Assembly (NCBI GenBank): GCA_013239625.1
Contig: MU053994.1
Coordinates: forward strand, 2,051,589-2,115,588
Source: Lama guanicoe
Taxonomy: Eukaryota
Direction of reading: 5' to 3'
DNA length: 64,000 nt
Both the position numbers and the translations under genes were made by a program. How positions within the stretch are numbered: position 1 is the stretch's first letter; every line of letters starts with the position of its first letter. Below are positions 51,250 through 64,000 of this stretch, in pieces. The notes under the pieces were generated by a model, which did not search any database, had not been told where the DNA came from, and saw nothing but the letters and a program-made list of their open reading frames with translations.

Positions 51250-51600
51250 CCCGTTCCCAAACAAAATCAAACTGTTTTTGTTGGACAATTCTCTGTTAAG
51301 CGGCTATAAGCCGAATGTCATTAACCGCAAAATGTAACCATAAAGGCCATAAACCCGACATTGTTAATTAATTAAATGCCTCATTAACTTTTTAAAAAAC
51401 ATGATTTATTCAATTCATAGAAAATTTAACCATCACCACTAAACGCACAAGCATGTGGTTGCACATTGGCATTTTAGCCCAAGAAACAGAAGCCTTTTTA
51501 CCAGGAGGGAAAGGTTTGAGGTCTCTGGCCATGCAAGTGATCTGTTTAACGCAGATCTGAAGCCAGAGTGTGTTTCTAAACTTCAAGAACCACATTAACA
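51250..51600. promoter_or_regulatory. Candidate intronic enhancer in BCOR intron 10
   Basis: CCATAAA x2 (51338-51344, 51347-51353), TTAATTAATTAA 51364-51375, TGATTTAT 51402-51409, in an AT-rich non-repeat block within a GC-rich intron. Confidence 0.5.
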
Positions 51601-53358
51601 TGACGTAGAGCTCAGGCAGCCTTTTTCCTGTACATGGTATCTTTGTGTTTAGCTAAGCAGAGAATGGCAAAGACAAAAGTTCAGGAAAACCCTCCCAAAC
51701 TGTGCGTTCAAACCACACCTTTATCGGGTTAAGCAAACTGTCCTTCAATTTGAAACAATTTAAACTGCCACTTTTCCTGACTGGGCCATCATCCCAACAT
51801 TTAAAATTCTGCCTGCCTAAATCCCAGAAAGTTGGATACAAGGTTGAAAGTGTTCATCTGGTATTCAAAACATCCAGCATCAAAACTGGTCATCTGTGCA
51901 ATTTACATTTGAAGACTAAAAAGTTGTCTGACCATAAACATTCCCCAGGTTTCCGGTGCTGTCAGAGGCCAGGTAGCCTAAAAAAAAAGTATGGATCAAC
52001 TGCCCCTGGGTCCAAGCCTCAGACCCACCAAACCCAAATGGAAACTTTCTTAGAGGACCAACGAGGCTCTCTTGAGGTCTCTGGTCCCAAAGGGAGACTG
52101 GTAGAAATGATGCTGACTTCAAAGGTGGGGCTAGGAGCCCTGTCCTCCACGGCGGGTGCAGCAGGCTGCCCTCCTGCCCTCCCCTGCTCTCATCTCCCAC
52201 ATTTGCTGGAAGCAGGAGTCTATTTTCTCAACCACGACGTGTCACGAGCTGATGCTTGGCATGTGGGGTCTAGCTCGGTGCCACGTGCAACATCTATCCT
52301 GTCCTCCTAGGTGCTGCTGCTCTCAGCTCTTGGGAAACCAGCTGGGTGCCCCTCGGATTTCATCTTCAAGTAACTGTGCTAACTACCAGAAAGTTCTCTC
52401 CAGCTAATCGAGAGGTCTCCAAGAGACATGTTGATAGAAACAACAAATGTGCAAACAGCACACTCAAACAACCACCAAAAACACCCCCCCAAACCAGGCA
52501 AAGGACCAGTGCTTCCAACTTCCCACCTATGCAATCATGCTTGGAGGGTGAGCTCACGGTGGGGGCAGTCACACCTCAAAGGGCTCAAGGCACAGGGGAC
52601 AGGGGCACAGAGCTGGCCAAGGTGTGGGAACCAGAGCTCTGGGTTAGCATGGGTCCTGCCACACCAGTGCTCATCCACACCTCCACACTTAGCCTGCTGA
52701 GCCGCATTTTACTGTCACCATTCAACTCCCAGAGGGCTGATGCCAGCATAAAAAAAATGCCTTTGCCCTGTGGGCTATTACATCACAATTTCAACTGACA
52801 AGTGCGGTGGGGGAGCTGCGCAGGGCAGAGGGAGTAATCTATCTCACAGAGGTTTTGAACTGTAAGGAGAGCAATTCTGATGCAAGCCAGCCTCTGCGAG
52901 TGAGGTGGGGGAGGGGTGGGCTTTGCAGCCAGATGGCCAGATTGCTACCTGCAAAAGTATCATTTAAACCCTCAGAGGCTGTTTCCTCATCTGAAACTAA
53001 CACTATTATTACCACATGAAGATGTTAAAAAGGGTGAAAGGAGTTACTACGGATCACATGGTCTTAGAAAGATATAAGCTATCTTTCTATCTATATTGCT
53101 CTGGCAAGACAGGCTATTGTTGTCATTGGCCAGGATGGGTCAGGATATGGTGGTGTGGACAGTGAGTTCTGAACAAGGCTCAATCCCCTCGCCCCTCCCT
53201 CCGCATCAGCCCTTGGTTCCTTTGCCCACTCAGGTCTGCCCCACCCCAACGCTGCACAGACCTTTCCCGGCTGCTGTCCCACAGGGGCACCACTCTGCCC
53301 CAAACAGCACAGAGCAACCCAAAATAGAGCTAGTAACTTCTCTCCCCGTTGCTAATCA

Positions 53359-53985
<627 letters not shown>

Positions 53986-54319
53986 CTATCACATAACCAG
54001 GCAGTGCACACATTTTCAGGCCGTCTTTCCTCCACCCGCCTCTTCCCCTCCTCCCCGAGTCACAAACCTGCGCGGAGGAAAGCACTTTTTCCTTTGCTTT
54101 TCTTTGGGGAGGAAGGGGTTGCATTCTCACTAGTTGGAAACTTCACCACCACCCAGGAGCCAGGTCCCCGAGGACGGGGCAGTGCCTTTGGCGCGGGGTG
54201 GGGGAGTGGGGGGGGAGAAGAGTTCAGGAAAAGGAAAGCTTTGTCCCCAGAAGGAGAGGAGCAGGCAGGCAGGATGTGCTTGCACAGGCCCAGGGGGGAG
54301 AGCAAGGGGCAAGAGTTAC

Positions 54320-54645
54320 CTTGCCATCTGCATTCTCCACGTAGTAGTCCCCTGTCAGCGACAAGCCCCGCCTGGGCTCCTGAGGGATCAAATGCTTGGT
54401 TTTACACAGTCGCTTCCCGGATGGTTTCTCGCTGTTGTCGGTGTATTTCTGCAGCAAGGAGGTAGCCTGGCAATCCTCTTCTTCGTCTCTGCACAGCACA
54501 TCTGTCTTCTGGCTTTCTTTAATTTTCTGCTGTTTGGCAGGCAGCCTTGAGGCTGGCGTGCAGCTTGGCTGAGCCTGCTTTTTGCCGCTTGCATTGGTGG
54601 ATGAAAGGCTCTTCATGGGCGGAGAGCCGGAGAACACAGGCAAGC
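54320..54645 (-). CDS. BCOR: BCOR exon 9 (326 nt; [15 protein letters not shown]...YYVENADGK)
   Basis: Within ORF 54224..54748. Acceptor TTTAG|GC, donor AAG|GTAACT. Confidence 0.96.
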
Positions 54646-55201
54646 CTAAATCCAGAGGGGAGGGGGTGGGAGGGCGGGAGGCAGGATGAGAAGAAGCAGG
54701 CGTTACACAGTTGTAGCCAGTGAGGAAAGAAAAGCCCATTGTTAGCACTGATCACTGGAGCGGCTTCAGTTTTTAAAGATATACCAATTATGTTTTCAAA
54801 GCATTAATATTTTAATTATCCCACATTCAACTGGCAAATAGGTTAACCCACGGAATGCCAAGTGGCAAGTTGCTTCAAAGGGCCGGGACAAGAGGGCAGA
54901 AGCCAGCCCTTCCCTCTCAACCAGGCCCACTTCTAAGGGTCTGGGTTCCGGGGACCGGGCACAGCCTGAGGCTGTCACCCCAGACTTTCCTTCCTGCCTA
55001 GCCACGGGCGGGCTGGGTGGGGAGCAGCCCAGAAGTCAAGCTCTCTCCTCAAAGTACACATTCCAGAAGGAAGTGTGGAGGCCAGAAGGACCTTATGAGA
55101 GAGAACTCCCTGCCTGCCACGTGCTAGGCGGCCCTTAGGTCCCCTCCGGGCCCTTTCTCACAGAGTGCAGGTGACCCAGTCAGGGAGTGGCCCCCGCATA
55201 C

Positions 55202-55546
55202 CTTGTTCATTGTCACTGGATTTGAGGGACTCCTCCGACCAGCTTCTGTTGCCTTTGGCCTCGGTCCTTTTCCTGCCAGCTTTCTCTTCAGAGATGTTAT
55301 TGCCCTGGGCTGTGACCTCAGGCTGCACGGCCTGGGTCACTTCCTTCCTGCCCTGGCGGCCAGGTTTGCTCTCTGCTGCAGACACCTGCTGCTCCCACCG
55401 TTCTCTAAGGTGCAGCAAGTGGCGTTGTTTTTTGGGATGGAGCCCTGTTAATTCAATGCACACCTTCAGGTTGGTCAGCTCACTATAATGTGGGTCTTCT
55501 AAGTGGTTAGAGGAACTGTTTGTCATTTCCCTCTCAGGCCAGTCAT
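55202..55546 (-). CDS. BCOR: BCOR exon 8, long form (345 nt; [40 protein letters not shown]...SDNEQ); internal alternative acceptor at 55444
   Basis: ORF 55158..55526. Acceptor TAG|AT at 55546, donor G|GTATG. A second in-frame acceptor TTAACAG|GG lies 102 nt inside. Confidence 0.96.
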
Positions 55547-55858
55547 CTAATGGAGAAATAACTACAAATTAATCAAAAAGCCCCCTGGGGGGGGGAACAA
55601 ACTGTCTTACACATCACTAATGGGGGTGGGGGAGGGGAGGGTGTGGTCACTGTCTCGGCTGGAGCTGGTCACCCAGTCTTGGGAAAGGGCCTATTTCTCT
55701 TTGGCCATCTTTGGGCTGGAGCTCCTGCACCTGGCTTGGGGGTGGGGAGGTGTGAGCGGCTTCCCCCGGGGCTCCAGGGCGAGACTGGAACCCTCTATTG
55801 CTCCACCCCAGGACTTCCCCCACCGTGCCCTGCGGCCCCGAAGCCACCCCGAGCTCAC

Positions 55859-56119
55859 CTTTGGAGACCCGCCTCCGCTTGGCTTTCAGCAGAGGGTCTT
55901 CCGGCAGCTCTTCCACAGTGGTCTCGGTGTGGCTGCTGTCACCTGAGACCTTGCGCTTTCTGTCCAGCCGGAGTGTGGGGCTGGGTGGCATGTCTGGGGC
56001 CGTCTGGTCGGCGGGGGGCTCGCTCCCGGGCGGCCTGTCCACGAAGTACTTCTCCACGGGGAGGTCTTTGTCCTCGGGGGCTTCGAAGGGGTCATGTTTG
56101 TTTCCAGCACTATACTCGC
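55859..56119 (-). CDS. BCOR: BCOR exon 7 (261 nt; [24 protein letters not shown]...[10 protein letters not shown]), with basic NLS-like motifs RKRK and KAKRRR
   Basis: Internal part of ORF 55647..56567. Acceptor CAG|GC, donor G|GTGAGC, phase continuous with exons 6 and 8. Confidence 0.96.
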
Positions 56120-59100
56120 CTGGGAGGGGAGACAACCCGGAAAGGAAGGAACAAAGGTCACGAAGAGCAGGCAGGGCTAGGGGAGCAGGTAGGATCCCCC
56201 CACAGGCCCAAGGTAATCTGCTCCCAACGGACCCTCCTTGGGAGACCAGGGGCCTCACACGTTGGAAGCACAGAACCCTCAGAAAGACAGTGACCCAAAG
56301 GAAGGGAAGCTGGAGAGTGAGGCGTGAGGCACACTCACGGCTTCCCTTTTGCCATCTCATAGTTGGGGCAGGAGAGAAGCAAGACGAGGCATCAACATCA
56401 TCTGTCTGGATGGATGTATGAGAGAACTCCCCGCCTGCCACCTCCCAGCGGGTCAACTTTGATGGCACCCACGCCCCCTTCCCACAGGGGACGGGTGACC
56501 CTGAAGCAAGAGTCAGCCAAGCTAAGGCTGAACTCAAAGTCTCTATGGAAACAGTTGCTGAGGTCACTGTTTTGAAATGAAAGGAATCTGATGTAATAGA
56601 AAGCAGATATCCCCCAAATGTTCTCTACCTGAGGGACAGCACCAACGTTCTCTTGGGTCAGTGGGGGAGAGGGTGAAATGAGAGTCGGGAAAGAATGGTG
56701 GGAGGCAGGGAAGCTGGGAGGACAAGGGAAGACAAGCCTGGCAAAGCCAAAGGCAAGATGTCCTGGTGTGCACACAAGGGTCCAGAGCAATGTCAATCAA
56801 ACTCAGCCCAACGGCTACCAGTCCCTCTGTCCTCTTCCCACACCTGTGGGGGAGGAAGCATTTATCACTGCTCCTACTTCCTGTCTAGGAAGAAGGCCCT
56901 GGGTGATACCAGGCACACCCACGGGGACGCTGGTCATCCCACCTGGCACTCCTCCGTGCGTGCCTTCCTCCACACGCAAGCATCTAAAGACACTCCAAAG
57001 ACAAGACACAGCCCCCTTCGCCAGGCGCTAACTGCTCTCACTCCAGCTCTACCTCTGCTGTGTCTGCTCCCTCCACTCAACCCAGCATCGACTTGGGGCT
57101 TTTCCTCCAATCATTCCAGCCTAAAATCACTCTCCCCTTTCGCTTTAGCCTAAGAAATAGCTTGACTGCTTTGCTGGTTGCATATTTTTCTAACACACAA
57201 TGACTCTGTAATGATCACTGTGATGTTAAGGTGCGCCCCTAAGAAGATCCTGCCCATCACCGGAGGGTATGAGTTTGGTATTTCGGTAACACCGGAGCTT
57301 AGCTCCCCACAGCCGTTTTGCTAGATGAAAACATGAACACGCCCCTCACATGCTGCTCCCATCCTTCCTCCTCTCCCTAGTTAACTTCAAACACCACTCC
57401 CACTTGTGCCCAGTCCACTGGCCACCTGGTCAGCCTTCTCTTGGGGGGCATTCCCAGTACTGAGTAGCAGTCAGTTGTGGGGAGGAGCTTCACCCTGGCC
57501 TTGGCTAGCCTGTGCTCTCAATGGTGGAAAGAACCCAGCCACCTCTTCTCCAAGGGCATCCTAAGGCGGGACAGATCCCCATCTACCCTTGCCAACGAAT
57601 GATGGAGTCACCCCAACCACATGGGTCTTCTATCATGGCAGCGGGAGAAACCCCACAGCTTGCCCGAACCCCTGGCCTGTGCTTCCCGGCGATGCAGCCC
57701 AGACCACCGCAAGCCCAACGAAGAGGGTGAACTCTCACTCTGGCTGCTCTGTGACCCTCTTAACTGCTCTGGCAGTAACAGCGCCACTTTACAACTCGGC
57801 CCCCTTCAGTTGTAAAGTGGGAATGTTACTACAAACCGCCTCCCAGAGGTGGGCTTCATAAACACGGGCGGGCTCAGCACAGGGACCAGCTGGAGAAATC
57901 ACTTTAACCAAATGACGATAAGCCTTTCAGACCAGCTTAAATTTTTGCCCCAAACACCATTTGACTTCTCCAGTGCGATCAGCCTTCCCTGAAAGCCCCG
58001 TCTTTGGGAGGGGACCAGCGTGGAAATGTAAGGGCTATCTTAAGAACCCCCATATCCCATTTTAAAGTTAATTTTAAAATGTGTTCTCCCTCCTCCACTT
58101 TAGGTAGCAAAGATGGTTCCATTCCAACCTGGTGATTTGAAAGCAGTGGTGACTGGGTGATGTCAGCAATGCCTTCCAGGGTCCCCATTAGGGCACAGAT
58201 TAACCAGCATGTGGCCCCACCCAGAATGAGCTGCCACCTCTGCCCACATCTGATGTCTTCAACCACATTAAGAATCTGTCAACCCCCAGTGTTTCTGATT
58301 CCACTTCCAGAGATTACATATTAACCCTGTATCTGTTAACAGTTCCAAACCATCTAAAGAGGCATCTTACTCTGGGAGGAGGTTTTCTACCTAAGTTTTC
58401 ACCCTCACTGCAAACTTCCTACCAAACAGTGAAACTAGTTTATATCTCACCCACCGCACCTTATGCCACAAAAGGCTGGCATCCCTTGCCCATGGAAAAC
58501 CACCTAGAAGACTTGAGATGACTTTATTTCTCAGGTGTTGGCAGGCAATGACTGACTGGGGAACCTCTTCCCTCTGCTCCTAAGAGCAGAAGCACCCCTA
58601 CAGGACAGACCCTTCCAGCTGTCTCCTCCTGGCTTCCCATGTGCTGAAAGCTGCCTGGGTGTGGAAGGCACCTCTTCACCAGCCAAGACAGAGTGTGCTG
58701 CATATGGGCCCAACATTCCCGATAGCCCCCTCCTGCCTTGTCCCCGGGGACCCCCATGGTGTGATGTCTGTGGTTCCTCATCCTGAACTATTATCAGGAA
58801 TGCTCCATGGCTGAAGTCGGGGCTCACTGAAATCACCCATAGTTTAGTTGCTTTGTTCCACGTAATGGAAGAGGACCTCGTCTGAAACTAGGTCTGTCCA
58901 CCCTTTCCCCAACCCCCGAGCCTTTCAGGGCAAAGATTCCCCTCAGTAAAGGCCCCTCAAGACCTCACGTGACTTTACTCAGGCTGGTCATAACCCTGAA
59001 GAGCACCCACCCTGACTGCCCAAGATACACACAGCCACCAGCCACGGGGGAGAGGCTCCGCGTCACTTGGAGCTTCTCAATGACTCTGTTCTAACCACGA

Positions 59101-62100
59101 CCCACAGGATTACCCTTGAGGGCAAAGGAGATGGGGAGACAAATAGATACACGGGGATTCTAACCATCAGGCTTCGCCATCGCCACTACTTTTGGCCCTT
59201 CTAAAAGCAGGAAAGCCATGTGCTCTTGGTCACCCTGTCTAAGCAGATGTGAACGTGGCTGTTGTTTGAGGTTTAACACTTGCTCCCTGCAGCATGGTCA
59301 TATGACTCACAGCATATATATCCCGTAATTTATCATGGTTGCGCCATAGCCTCACCTTCAGAAGCATCACCATGGCAACATTTACAAGTCACTGTGGCAA
59401 CAAAGCACCCTCACCACTGTTGAGCCATGCCCATGTTTAGGTGAGGCCTAAACAAGGTGGGAGGGTTTTTAGATGTTGGAAGGTTCCCCAGGATCAAAAC
59501 TCCCTTCTCTGCAGGTTAATCATAGCACCTCCAGTAAAGGCTAACCTTGTTAAAACTTACGCCCTCTACAGAAGCAGCCCAGGGAATTTCTGTCCCAAGT
59601 TAAAAGTCATTTACAAACATGCAGGTGGCTCAGCTGGAAGAGAAGTTTTCTGAAGCCCCTTGACTGAGGTTTCTTCCAGGTCCTGGTGGGCACTGCCACC
59701 AAGCAGGTCCTAGGTCTGTCCCAGCCAACTGGTTGGCGAGGGAGACGGTCACTCTAAGTTTGAGAAGTAAGGTACCAATGCCTCCTTGTCCCTCCCCATC
59801 TTCAAATGCCCCCAAAGGATCCTAGTAATGAACTCCCAAGTTCGAGGAGCCTCCTAACACGCTTGTTGAACTTCTAAAATAAAAATTTAACTCAGTCACC
59901 CCTATGATCATAAAGAGTAAGTAAAAATCCAGACCACTGTGTTTTCAAAGTTAATTCACTTTTCTTAAGCAAATCCCTCAACAAGATGCACCCACATCAG
60001 GGCCACTGAGGCCATGCAAGCAGCACCCACCACCTTAGAAGCTCCTGGTGTCTCCAGGGGTAGAGGGCTGCCTCAGAAGTGGGGAGGCATCTTGAAGGTG
60101 TCCTGTACCCTCTAATGTGACCCCTGCCCACCCCAACTCCTCACCCCAGCTCCCACAAGCTCACAGCTTGGCTCTCAGCCACACTGACATCCATGAGAAG
60201 GACCTGAGCCCATGTGGGCTCATAACATGATGGCCCAAGGACAAGGAGGCCTGTTAATTTCCAGCTGAATGGACTGAACAACCGCCACACCCTGATCAGG
60301 AGGTGGCAGTAAGGACACTGGTTCTTTTAAGTTACCCTTCTTGACCAACTACAAACCACAAGTCCCCAAAACACTGGGGATGGTGACCCACCTCCTTGAT
60401 GGCCCTGATCTTTCAAAAGGAGCCCCTCACCTTCCCCAACCCTTCTCCTGCCCTTCCTCGGGGGCCAATAATGGCTCGCTGGGCCATGTCCCGTGTGCTC
60501 TGGGAACAGACCCATGAGTCTGAGCTTGGAGAGACACAAGGAAGAGGAGCACTGGGGGAGGGCTTTCTGAATCATCTGGGGCTCAGGCCCTGCTCCCCAT
60601 CAGCCACACTGATTTCTCATCTCAAGGTTCAGCAGGAAAGTTGGGAAGGACACAAACTTCCCTGGGAAGAAGGCCGACGTGAGGCCGCTGAGATGTGAAG
60701 GGCAGCGGCCACCCTGGGTCTGGCCAGGTCACAGGACAAAGGGCAGGAAGACGGAGACCGGCTCCCTTCCCACCCTCCTCCTCCCATCATCCACCTGGAA
60801 CAAAGAGGGACTCTCCTTCACAGGCGGATCTTCCTCCTCAGAGAAGTGCCTTCCCAGGAACCTGGCCTTTCCCACTCCTACCAGGCCTCTGAGAAGCTTT
60901 CCCAAGAGCTGGTGTTATGAAGCAACTCAGGAAGGGGAGGGCTGTGTGTCGCTCGTGAACGTCAGCAAGCAGAAAGGCTTTCTTGCTGCCTTTTTAACTT
61001 AAGAGCAGTCTGGACCCCTCACTTTCCCATTCCAATCCCTTGATGGGGAAGAGTTCCGAAACGTTTACTTCAGGCCCATCAAGGGTCCCCGCTCCTCGGG
61101 TAAGGGTGCCACTGACTGGCCACAGAAACCCCCTCCGGCAGGAGCAACATAGAACCAAGCCGTCCCAGCGGGGTTCACCCAGAACCCGAGCCACAGACCT
61201 CTGTCTGACGCCGAAGATGAGCTGGAGGTGAGGAGGGGTCCTGTGCTCTAAGCAGTGAGAAGCATGCTATCCCTGGCCACGAATTTTCCTGGACTCCATG
61301 CACCTACGGCCTAAGTGTCCTGGGGGTACACCAAACCTACAACGTCCAAGGGCATAGAGCTCTCAAGCGCACCCACCGTCCCTGACTGTCCTGTGTCAGG
61401 AGGATTTCGCGCCCACCCTCTCCTTGACGTTCACCTAGACGCCTTAATTCACCATCACCGACGAGGTTTCTGGGGTCTGCAGCAGGCCACAAGTACGCAC
61501 GTTTAAGGAAGCAGGAGCAAGACCTTCCCCGACACATCTCATTAGCCCGAGATGTCTTGAGAACAAATCCCAAAGTCGACCACAGCAGGGGAGCAGCTGT
61601 GGAGGGGACCGTGGAGGGGACCGCGAGGAAAGCACTTCACATTTTGCCTCCAAAACCTAATACACCCTCTGTGTAGTGGGAAGAACGCCCTCGTTTATCC
61701 CACGCTCTAGGAGTATGTTGTCAACTCCTAATGATGGCAGACAAACCCGCCACAGAAAACAATTATGACTATCTTCCTGGTGCCTTCATCAGCCCTCAGC
61801 CCATTTTAACAAAACGTCTGCCTTCGGGGGGAGAATACGAATACTCTCCATTCCGGACCATAGGAGACTGACTGGCACCACGGAGGGCCTGGTTCCGGCT
61901 GGACGGATCGTTCCACAGCTACCAAAAATCCACCTCCGTGCCTGCTACGAACAGAACACAGACATGCTACACTTTAAGTCCTGCACTGTCTTTCCTCTGC
62001 TCTATTGGATTAGACTGCTACACTAACTACAGGACCAGCATTTCTCTGGAAAAGGAGATGTTCCCCAAGAAATCATCTTTCGTAGGTGCCTCATTCCTGG

Positions 62101-62293
62101 ATGCCAGAATGGTCAAAAGGACAATCAGCCCTGCACTCTGTGGCTGGCAAAGATGACAAGAGTGGCCTGCTTCTCCGAGCAGCAACCACCCGGATGCCAG
62201 GTGGTTGAAAGCTTCCTCACGTCCGTCCCTCAGCTCCGGGAGCATTGCCCCGTTCCAAGCGACGCGGGAGCTCGCGCGAGCCACCTGGGTTCA

Positions 62294-62485
<192 letters not shown>

Positions 62486-62963
62486 CTAGAAAGAGAACGG
62501 AGACGGAAAAAAAGAAAAAACACACACCTTACCATCAAAGCTATTTCACTAGCCTTACCTTAAAGGAAAGTATTCTCAAAGAAAAGTTTGCCCAAAACCA
62601 ACCACAATTTATGATACAACTGAGATATTTTAAAACTTAACGATAAAAAATGTGAGTGTCTATATGTAAGTAGTCACACACTCTTTATTCATAAAGCCAT
62701 AACGTATATAGAGATATACACGGTGTGTATGTACAACCGTACATACACTGTGGCAGAGAGACAGACATTCTCTTTTGAAGGTAAATAAACAAAACAAAAA
62801 CACAACGCAAAGAAAGCAAAACAAAAACACAACAGAAAAGAAAACAAATGCACAATGAATAAAGACGACCATGGCCCACAAACTTCCCTTTGTATATTTG
62901 GAAATGAAATTTAACTCAAAAGGTTTATGGAAGATTCTAGTAATAAAAATTTGAAGAACTGAC

Positions 62964-63017
62964 CTCACAGTAAGCAGCGGGTAGACATAAAATACTGTCC
63001 TCTTGTAATCCTTCCAT
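62964..63017 (-). CDS. BCOR: BCOR exon 5, 54-nt in-frame cassette exon (MEGLQEDSILCLPAAYCE)
   Basis: Read directly (absent from the ORF track): ATGGAAGGATTACAAGAGGACAGT...TACTGTGAG. Flanked by AG (63018-63019) and GTCAGT, phase 0/0. Confidence 0.95.
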
Positions 63018-63569
63018 CTATGTAATTAAAATGGGCACTCAATGGATCATTTAGATAACTTCATCCATTTTTATAAGCATAAACCAATTTTTTTCTTAAC
63101 ATTGCAAAACAATTTGGCTTTATTTATCTTTTAATTAAAAGTAAAATATCTTAAGGAAATTCCTATACAACATCTATCATTCACTAGCAAGTTAAATACA
63201 TACTCTATCCCTTTAAGCGAGTTTTTTTTTTTTGGTGGAAAAAAAAAATCGCATGAATCCCAGACATGCGGCTGCTACACACCTCCACCAAGTATCAACG
63301 TAAGGCATTCTAAGCAGCGCTTTTAGGTATATTTGTTAACGTACAGTAATGGCAGAGAAATCAAAGCAATTGATAGGTAAATGTCATGCAGTCTTTAGAC
63401 ATCCTTCGCAATAATTAAAACTTCCATTATCAGCATTTGAGTGGAGTTTACTTTAAAAAATCTACAGAATAACTTGAAATATCCACTCATATCCCCTTAC
63501 TGGACACATTTCATACATTTAAATTACCATAAGCTTCATTAACCAAAACCTTCCCAGTATCCTGCCCTA

Positions 63570-64000
<431 letters not shown>

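Noticed and set aside
56085..56105. Exon 7 is one codon shorter than recalled human BCOR (NKHDPF vs NKHRDPF)
   Set aside because: In-frame and in a low-constraint region. By recollection, non-primate orthologues also lack this residue.
55647..56567. 306-aa minus-strand ORF as an extended exon 7, plus antisense ORFs over BCOR exons
   Set aside because: Only 55859-56119 resembles BCOR and it has proper splice sites. The flanks are GC-rich intron that is open by chance.
60295..60310. CTCF-like motif TCAGGAGGTGGCAG (weaker ones near 53, 8381 and 10532)
   Set aside because: Mismatches at core positions. Cannot be called without PWM scoring and ChIP data.

Overview
Mammalian genomic DNA, very probably a camelid X chromosome. 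This is inferred from abundant tRNA-Ala-derived SINEs of the camelid vic-1 type and from BCOR, which is X-linked in eutherians. The window has four zones. (1) About 44.5-64 kb, minus strand: the 3' half of BCOR. Twelve coding exons (human numbering 4-15, exon 4 cut by the window edge) were traced by hand. All are GT-AG and in frame, ending at TGA 45374-45376, with a ~0.85-kb 3' UTR and AATAAA at 44534-44539. The cassette exon 5 and the alternative acceptor in exon 8 are both intact. (2) About 18.4-44 kb: repeat-dense intergenic DNA (L1, MaLR LTRs, Tigger/Charlie/MER DNA transposons, SINEs, several nested), plus an RPL29 processed pseudogene. (3) About 7.3-17.8 kb: a ~10-kb orphan CpG-island complex with no recognisable coding gene, interleaved with AT-rich homeodomain/POU/FOX motif blocks and bracketed by mirror-image (CG)n(CA)n tracts. 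(4) 1-7 kb: ordinary repeat-containing DNA. I found no convincing new protein-coding system. The best leads are regulatory: the orphan island downstream of a PRC1.1 gene, a hairpin-gated intronic poly(A) candidate for a short BCOR isoform, a distant branch point at exon 9, and an intronic HOX/CDX-motif block. Repeat subfamily names come from recalled consensus sequences and need RepeatMasker/Dfam confirmation.
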